Both the position numbers and the translations under genes were made by a program. Source: Candidatus Atelocyanobacterium thalassa isolate ALOHA (lineage in GTDB: Bacteria > Cyanobacteriota > Cyanobacteriia > Cyanobacteriales > Microcystaceae). From it: 32,000 bases of DNA. This document shows positions 27,144 to 32,000 of the stretch, piece after piece; the first letter of the stretch is position 1, and each line of letters opens with the position of its first letter. The stretch spans positions 1,260,001 through 1,292,000 of the forward strand of contig NC_013771.1 of the NCBI RefSeq assembly GCF_000025125.1. The letters run 5' to 3'. The notes under the pieces were generated by a model. It saw only the letters and a program-made list of their open reading frames with translations, was not told where the DNA came from and did not search any database.

Positions 27144-28658
27144 CTAACTTTTAACTGTTAAGGGTTTATCTTGCTGATAATGATAAGATTTGTCCTTTAA
27201 ACAAATTTCTGCCTTTTGTAATTCTGAGCCCAAGTACATAGCATGTTTAATTCCAATACCAGGAGAATCCTCTGCAATTTTGTTATAGATTTTCCTTGCA
27301 GATTTACCAAAGTAACAATTTACAATTTCTCCTGAACCTGGGGTAATATGCTCAACAAATATTTGATTATTTTTAATAACAATTAAATAGCTACCACTAG
27401 GATCAGCATATTTTTTTTCTCGACATATTGTTTCGTATTCTGCATCTACTATTTTATCTGCATATTCCCAACAATCGTTATATATATGAGCGCTTTGGCT
27501 AACAGTCACTAATGGACCAATTTTCAACTTCTGATTAATTCGATTTTGTATTTCTCTCATAATATGTATTTGCAATGCCCTTAGGCCCATTGCATTTGAA
27601 GGCCATGCGGAAAACATATCATTACTACGAAACGTAGCTGTTAAAGATAATTCATCATCAATAGTTCTTATCCAAATATGATTTAGGCATGGAGGGCTGT
27701 CATTATTATCATAATCATTAACATCCCAGAGAGACATGACAGCTCTGGAAGAATTAATATCAGAAACTAGTAGATCAATAACTTGTTGGATTTGATCTTT
27801 TTTAAACCAAGATCTTAATCTTTGGCCATATGTATATTTGATCCCTTCTCGTTGTGAAGAATCATCAAGAATTTGGGATATATAGTCGTTGATAAATTCT
27901 CTTCTTATAGGAAGATAATTGGGTTCAGGAAAATAGAAATCTAAGGGTTCATCAGTAACGACAGCTACAATATTGATTAGTTCTTGCCATTTTCCATATT
28001 CAGTTGGCCTAACTCTTCCAGTTGTTTTAATACGATGTAATATCCTAACCCAGGTTTCTGCAATTGTAGAACCTTCTATTCGATGACAATATTTAGTTCC
28101 AGGACGTATTTTGGAACTAGTTTCCGTAAAAGGGAAAATCAGGGGATTACTCCAAGATTTTTTTTTCTCTTTTTTATTTAGTTCTTTGACATGATCAACT
28201 ACTTTAGAAATTGATTCAACTTCTCTATAAACTATAGATTCGCGAATTAACTCTAATACCTCAGCAGGAATTTCTATATCTATATACCCAAGAACATTAG
28301 AATTAATAATCCATACATCTTTCCCTATATGATCAACTCCTGCCCTGAAACCTTTAGACAAGAAATCTAATAGACATTGACATCCTCCTGCGTTTTGATC
28401 TTCTTTCGTTGACTGCAGTATAACGAGCGAAGCTACATGAGGATTTGCTAATAGGTTTCTTATTAAAGGGCTAATACCTCTGGTTGGACTATATAAGTTT
28501 CCAATAACTGCATATTCTTTTGATGTTAAATATCTTGCAACTGATTCTTTTACTGTCCATCCAGTAATGATAGCTGTTTGTCCATAACCACAAATTAATT
28601 GGTTAGCTTTGTAATGAGGATCATAATTAAATAAATAGTTTGATGGTGTAATCGTCAT
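27144..28658 (-). CDS. Thymidylate synthase-like three-domain protein: MtrA-like N-domain + ThyA-fold core + DUF4346-like C-domain
   Basis: Core motifs by my numbering: SSRAVMSLWD (res 303-312), SPPCLNH (Cys324), FRSNDMF (Arg344/Asp347), WPSNAMG (Asn355) and SAHIYND (His391/Tyr393). These parallel ThyA motifs RR..S.WNP, PPCH, QRS.D, PFNIA and H.Y. The N-terminus (AIITGWT...YAVIGNLYSPTRGISPLIRNLLANPHVASLVIL) resembles MtrA-like domains. The C-terminus is HAMYLGSELQKAE. Confidence 0.7.
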   Translation of the reverse strand: MTITPSNYLFNYDPHYKANQLICGYGQTAIITGWTVKESVARYLTSKEYAVIGNLYSPTRGISPLIRNLLANPHVASLVILQSTKEDQNAGGCQCLLDFLSKGFRAGVDHIGKDVWIINSNVLGYIDIEIPAEVLELIRESIVYREVESISKVVDHVKELNKKEKKKSWSNPLIFPFTETSSKIRPGTKYCHRIEGSTIAETWVRILHRIKTTGRVRPTEYGKWQELINIVAVVTDEPLDFYFPEPNYLPIRREFINDYISQILDDSSQREGIKYTYGQRLRSWFKKDQIQQVIDLLVSDINSSRAVMSLWDVNDYDNNDSPPCLNHIWIRTIDDELSLTATFRSNDMFSAWPSNAMGLRALQIHIMREIQNRINQKLKIGPLVTVSQSAHIYNDCWEYADKIVDAEYETICREKKYADPSGSYLIVIKNNQIFVEHITPGSGEIVNCYFGKSARKIYNKIAEDSPGIGIKHAMYLGSELQKAEICLKDKSYHYQQDKPLTVKS

Positions 28659-28833
28659 AAGCAGCTATTAGATACATTGTAAATATTTTTTTCACAGGAT
28701 TTATACAAAAAATAATTTTTTTTGTAAAAATCAATCTAACATAGTATTGTGTCTAATAATTTTTTCAATTAACTATACCGAATCGTCTCATACGATAAAT
28801 TGAAAGTACTATAAACATGACAAATTATTCTTC

Positions 28834-28876
28834 AAAAATACAGAAATAGAAAGTTTTATAATTTTTCTATTTCTGT
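28834..28876 (-). terminator. Rho-independent terminator of rseP
   Basis: Perfect 13-bp stem (28840-28852 with 28864-28876) and an 11-nt loop. It starts 5 nt after the rseP stop and is followed on the minus strand by ATTTTTG. Confidence 0.65.
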
Positions 28877-28881
28877 TGTGC

Positions 28882-29967
28882 TTACATACCAAATTGCTTA
28901 ACAAATTCTTGAACTATAGTTAAATTTACCGTGTCACGAATAATTACGAAAATTCCTAATCCTAGCAATAGGACAAGGCCAGTTTGCATAACACCTTCTT
29001 GAAACTTATTGGGTAATGGTTTTCCTAAAAATCCTTCTATTAATAAAAATATCAATTGTCCACCATCTAATGCAGGCAAAGGCAAGATATTGATAACAGC
29101 TAAATTAATACTAATTAGTGCACCAAATTGAAATAAATTTCCGAGATTATTTTGAGCAATACTAGCCCCATACTCAACAATTTTAACAGGACCGGCGACT
29201 TGTTCTATATTTTCTTGAAAGTGCCTTATTAATTGCCAAAATCCTTTAATTGTGAGAGTAAAAGCATTTAGATAAGTCTTACTACTATAAACAAATATTT
29301 CCACTAAGTTCTTGGCGCGGCTCAACTGAACATTGGGCAATAAACCTACTCCAATTTTTCCTTTCCCTTCTTCAGTTAGCTCAGGTATCACTGTTAAATC
29401 TAATATTTCTTCTTTTCTTTTAATAGTCAAATTTAAAGGTTTATTTATCGAGTTTTTAACTTTTTCAACGAATAATGTAGTTGCTTCAGGAAACTCTTTT
29501 AACGGATATTGATCTATAGATAAAATAATATCTCCTTCTTTTATTCCTGCATCCATAGCTGCAGAATTATTATCTATTTGAGGAACCATCAGTCCTGGTT
29601 GTAAATCTTGAATTCCCATCGTAGCGGTCTGCCCAACCAAAAGAAAATAAGCAAATACTAGATTAGCAATTACTCCTGCACTAATAACTATAGCTCGATC
29701 AGTAATAGGACGATTGCGAAGTAAATTTGGATCATCAATTGATATTTCGCTTTCTGGATCGTCATCAGGGAAACCGACAAATCCACCTAAAGGTATAAGG
29801 CACAAGGTGTATTCAGTTTCTCTCCCTTTGTATCTAGCTAAAACAGGTCCAAAGCCTATGGAAAATCGTTTAACATGAATTCCTTGTAATCTTGCAGCAG
29901 AAAAATGACCTAACTCATGAACAACAATTAAAATAACTAAGACTGTGATTGCCGCCAACATTGACAT
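28882..29967 (-). CDS. rseP: RIP (site-2) zinc metalloprotease RseP, M50 family
   Basis: HELGHF near the N-terminus, a central PDZ-like segment and NILPLPALDGG near the C-terminus. Confidence 0.88.
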   Translation of the reverse strand: MSMLAAITVLVILIVVHELGHFSAARLQGIHVKRFSIGFGPVLARYKGRETEYTLCLIPLGGFVGFPDDDPESEISIDDPNLLRNRPITDRAIVISAGVIANLVFAYFLLVGQTATMGIQDLQPGLMVPQIDNNSAAMDAGIKEGDIILSIDQYPLKEFPEATTLFVEKVKNSINKPLNLTIKRKEEILDLTVIPELTEEGKGKIGVGLLPNVQLSRAKNLVEIFVYSSKTYLNAFTLTIKGFWQLIRHFQENIEQVAGPVKIVEYGASIAQNNLGNLFQFGALISINLAVINILPLPALDGGQLIFLLIEGFLGKPLPNKFQEGVMQTGLVLLLGLGIFVIIRDTVNLTIVQEFVKQFGM

Positions 29968-30115
29968 AATAAATTAGTTGATTATCGGATATTTAACATC
30001 CCTATATTGTAAAACATATGGTAATCCTCTTTCACTTTCAATTAATAACTGATAAAAAGTATTAAAATATCGTATTCACCAATTAAACTTAAAAAATAAT
30101 AATTTAGATATTTTT

Positions 30116-31558
30116 ATGACATTTAACCAAAATCCAATAAAGTTTGGGACAGATGGATGGCGAGGTGTTATCGCAGCAGATTTTACATTTGAAAGAGTTG
30201 CAATAGTAGCTCCCCTATGTGCCCAAGTTTTATTAAACAATTATGGAACAGTATCTAATAGCCACACTATTATCGTAGGGTATGATCGTCGTTTTTTAGC
30301 TGAAGAATTTGCTAAGATTGCTGCTGAATCTCTCATTGAAGCCGGTTTTGATGTTGTTTTTGCTGAATCTTATGCTCCAACTCCTGCTTTTAGTTGGGCA
30401 GTTAAATCACAAAATGCTTTGGGGGCTATTGTATTAACTGCAAGTCATAATCCTGGAAAATATCTGGGCATAAAAGTCAAAGGAGCTTTCGGTGGTTCAG
30501 TTTCCTCTGAGATTACCCAACAAATTGAGAACTTACTATATGAAATGCCTAAGTTCTCTGGCAAGACAGGTATTTTAAGTTACTTTGATCCTTGGAAAAG
30601 TTATTCTCAAGAATTAAAAAGTAAAGTTAATATTAAAAAAATTCAACAGGCAGTTCACAATAAAGATTTAACTATTTTTGCTGATGTTATGTATGGAGCT
30701 GCAGCTAGTGGATTGGAAAGATTATTAGAATGTCCTATACAAGAGATTAATAGCAATCGCGATCCTCTTTTTGGAGGCAATCCCCCAGAACCTTTGCCGT
30801 GTTATCTTACGAAGTTACTAACTACAGTCAAGAAATTTAATGCTGAAAAAAGTTCTGGTTTAAGCATAGGTTTAGTTTTTGATGGAGATGGCGATCGCAT
30901 TGCAGCAGTTGATAAGCAAGGGAATTTTCTTAGCTCTCAAATTTTACTTCCGATCCTTATGGATCACTTGGCAACACACAAGGGATTAAAAGGCGAGATT
31001 GTTAAGACCGTTAGTGGTGCGGGACTGATTTCTTATCTAGCAGATTTTTATAATTTACCAATTCATGAAACTTCGATAGGCTACAAATACATAGCTAATA
31101 GAATGTTAAACGGCAATGTTTTAATAGGGGGAGAAGAATCTGGAGGAATCGGTTACGGGACACATATACCTGAGAGGGACGCCTTATTATCTGCACTATA
31201 TTTGTTGGAAGCAATAGTTGAAAGTAGTGATGATTTAGGAGAGTATTATTTAAAATTACAAAAAAAAGTAAATTTTTTTAATGCCTATGATCGTATCGAT
31301 TTGCCATTATCTAGTCTTGATATACGCTCAAAATTGATAAAGCATCTAGAAACGAAGTCTTTTAATGAAATCGCTAACAAAACTGTCCTAAAGTGTGATA
31401 AAAAAGATGGATATAAATATTATTTAACAGATCAAAGTTGGTTGCTTATACGTTTTAGCGGTACAGAACCTACTTTGAGGCTATATTGTGAGTCTTTAAC
31501 TTTAAAGCAAGTTAACAATATCTTAGAATGGGTGAAGAATTGGGTTAACTCAATTTAA
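30116..31558 (+). CDS. Alpha-D-phosphohexomutase (phosphoglucomutase/phosphomannomutase family)
   Basis: TASHNPGKYLGIK (phosphoserine loop), FDGDGDR (Mg site), GGEESGG (sugar loop) and RFSGTEP (phosphate loop). Confidence 0.88.
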   Translation: MTFNQNPIKFGTDGWRGVIAADFTFERVAIVAPLCAQVLLNNYGTVSNSHTIIVGYDRRFLAEEFAKIAAESLIEAGFDVVFAESYAPTPAFSWAVKSQNALGAIVLTASHNPGKYLGIKVKGAFGGSVSSEITQQIENLLYEMPKFSGKTGILSYFDPWKSYSQELKSKVNIKKIQQAVHNKDLTIFADVMYGAAASGLERLLECPIQEINSNRDPLFGGNPPEPLPCYLTKLLTTVKKFNAEKSSGLSIGLVFDGDGDRIAAVDKQGNFLSSQILLPILMDHLATHKGLKGEIVKTVSGAGLISYLADFYNLPIHETSIGYKYIANRMLNGNVLIGGEESGGIGYGTHIPERDALLSALYLLEAIVESSDDLGEYYLKLQKKVNFFNAYDRIDLPLSSLDIRSKLIKHLETKSFNEIANKTVLKCDKKDGYKYYLTDQSWLLIRFSGTEPTLRLYCESLTLKQVNNILEWVKNWVNSI

Positions 31559-31633
31559 ATATCCATAATCTATAATATGAAAGTGATTCGTATATTTTTA
31601 ATATTTTAAAAAACTCTAAAAATAATTAAACCT

Positions 31634-31831
31634 ATGCAGTATCAAACAATAAGGCTAGCACAGTTTCTAAAATGGAAAAGATTAGTAAATAGTGGAGGGG
31701 AAGCAAAATTCAAAATACAAGGAAAAGAAGTATTGCTTAATGGTAATATCGAAACTCAAAGAGGTAAGCAATTAATAACAGGAGATATAGTGACCTTTAA
31801 TGGAATTGAATACAAAGTTTTACTCGAGTAA
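31634..31831 (+). CDS. Small S4-domain RNA-binding protein (YbcJ-like)
   Basis: 65 aa. IRLAQFLKW..LVNSGGEAK..I....VLLNG..ETQRGKQL..GD, typical of the S4-like fold. Confidence 0.7.
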   Translation: MQYQTIRLAQFLKWKRLVNSGGEAKFKIQGKEVLLNGNIETQRGKQLITGDIVTFNGIEYKVLLE

Positions 31832-31884
31832 ATTTACTATACAATAATCATTTTGTTATTGTCATAATTAAAGAAATATCTTTA

Positions 31885-32000
31885 TCAATGATTATATTTA
31901 ATTGATAAGTCTTCAAGAATCTTATTTTTAATATTTAATGCAGTTGCTGGAGCTAGTAAGATTCCATTTCGATAGTGTCCAGTAGCCAATAATATGTTTG
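31885..32000 (-). CDS. Partial CDS (N-terminus beyond the right edge): C-terminus of an FAD-dependent glycine oxidase (ThiO-like)
   Basis: My reverse translation from nt 31998 reads NILLATGHYRNGILLAPATALNIKNKILEDLSIKYNH, ending at TGA (31887-31885). GHYRNGILLAPATA is characteristic of ThiO/DAO-family C-termini. Confidence 0.5.
   Translation of the reverse strand, partial: NILLATGHYRNGILLAPATALNIKNKILEDLSIKYNH

Noticed and set aside
1-32000. CRISPR arrays, rRNA genes, IS elements or transposases, integrases, toxin-antitoxin or restriction-modification modules
   Set aside because: There are no regularly spaced direct repeats and no transposase, integrase or methyltransferase motifs in any sizeable ORF. 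The only RNA gene found is tRNA-Ser.

Overview
AT-rich (about 30% GC by eye) chromosomal segment with a cyanobacterial gene complement. I call 27 protein-coding genes (two cut by the window edges) and one tRNA-Ser(CGA). About 78% of the window is coding. Content is mostly housekeeping:
- aromatic amino acid synthesis: DAHP synthase
- envelope and protein processing: SppA, LepB, RseP, a Tic20-like protein
- division: SepF
- chaperones: a DnaK3-type Hsp70 with a J-protein partner
- Fe-S assembly: Nfu
- translation: S6, LysS, TruB
- potassium uptake: KtrAB
- sugar-nucleotide metabolism: a ManC-like enzyme and a phosphohexomutase
- a dTMP-synthesis cluster
Low GC, several 400-800 bp gene-free AT-rich spacers and apparent domain decay suggest a reduced-genome unicellular cyanobacterium (symbiont or organelle-like, such as UCYN-A or a diatom spheroid body). 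That is inference only; I cannot identify the organism from the sequence. I saw no rRNA, CRISPR array, transposase or recognisable defence or toxin-antitoxin system.
The items most worth follow-up are:
1. A plasmid-type Toprim-primase/helicase (DUF3854 + P-loop, CyRepA-like) gene at the left edge. It has no usable ATG start and sits next to a repeat-bearing AT-rich spacer.
2. A three-domain thymidylate-synthase-like protein (MtrA-like N-domain, ThyA-like core, DUF4346-like tail) clustered with dut and dCMP deaminase.
3. A DAHP synthase whose N-terminal regulatory domain is broken by two frameshifts.
All family assignments come from motifs I read in the translations. None has been checked by a database search.
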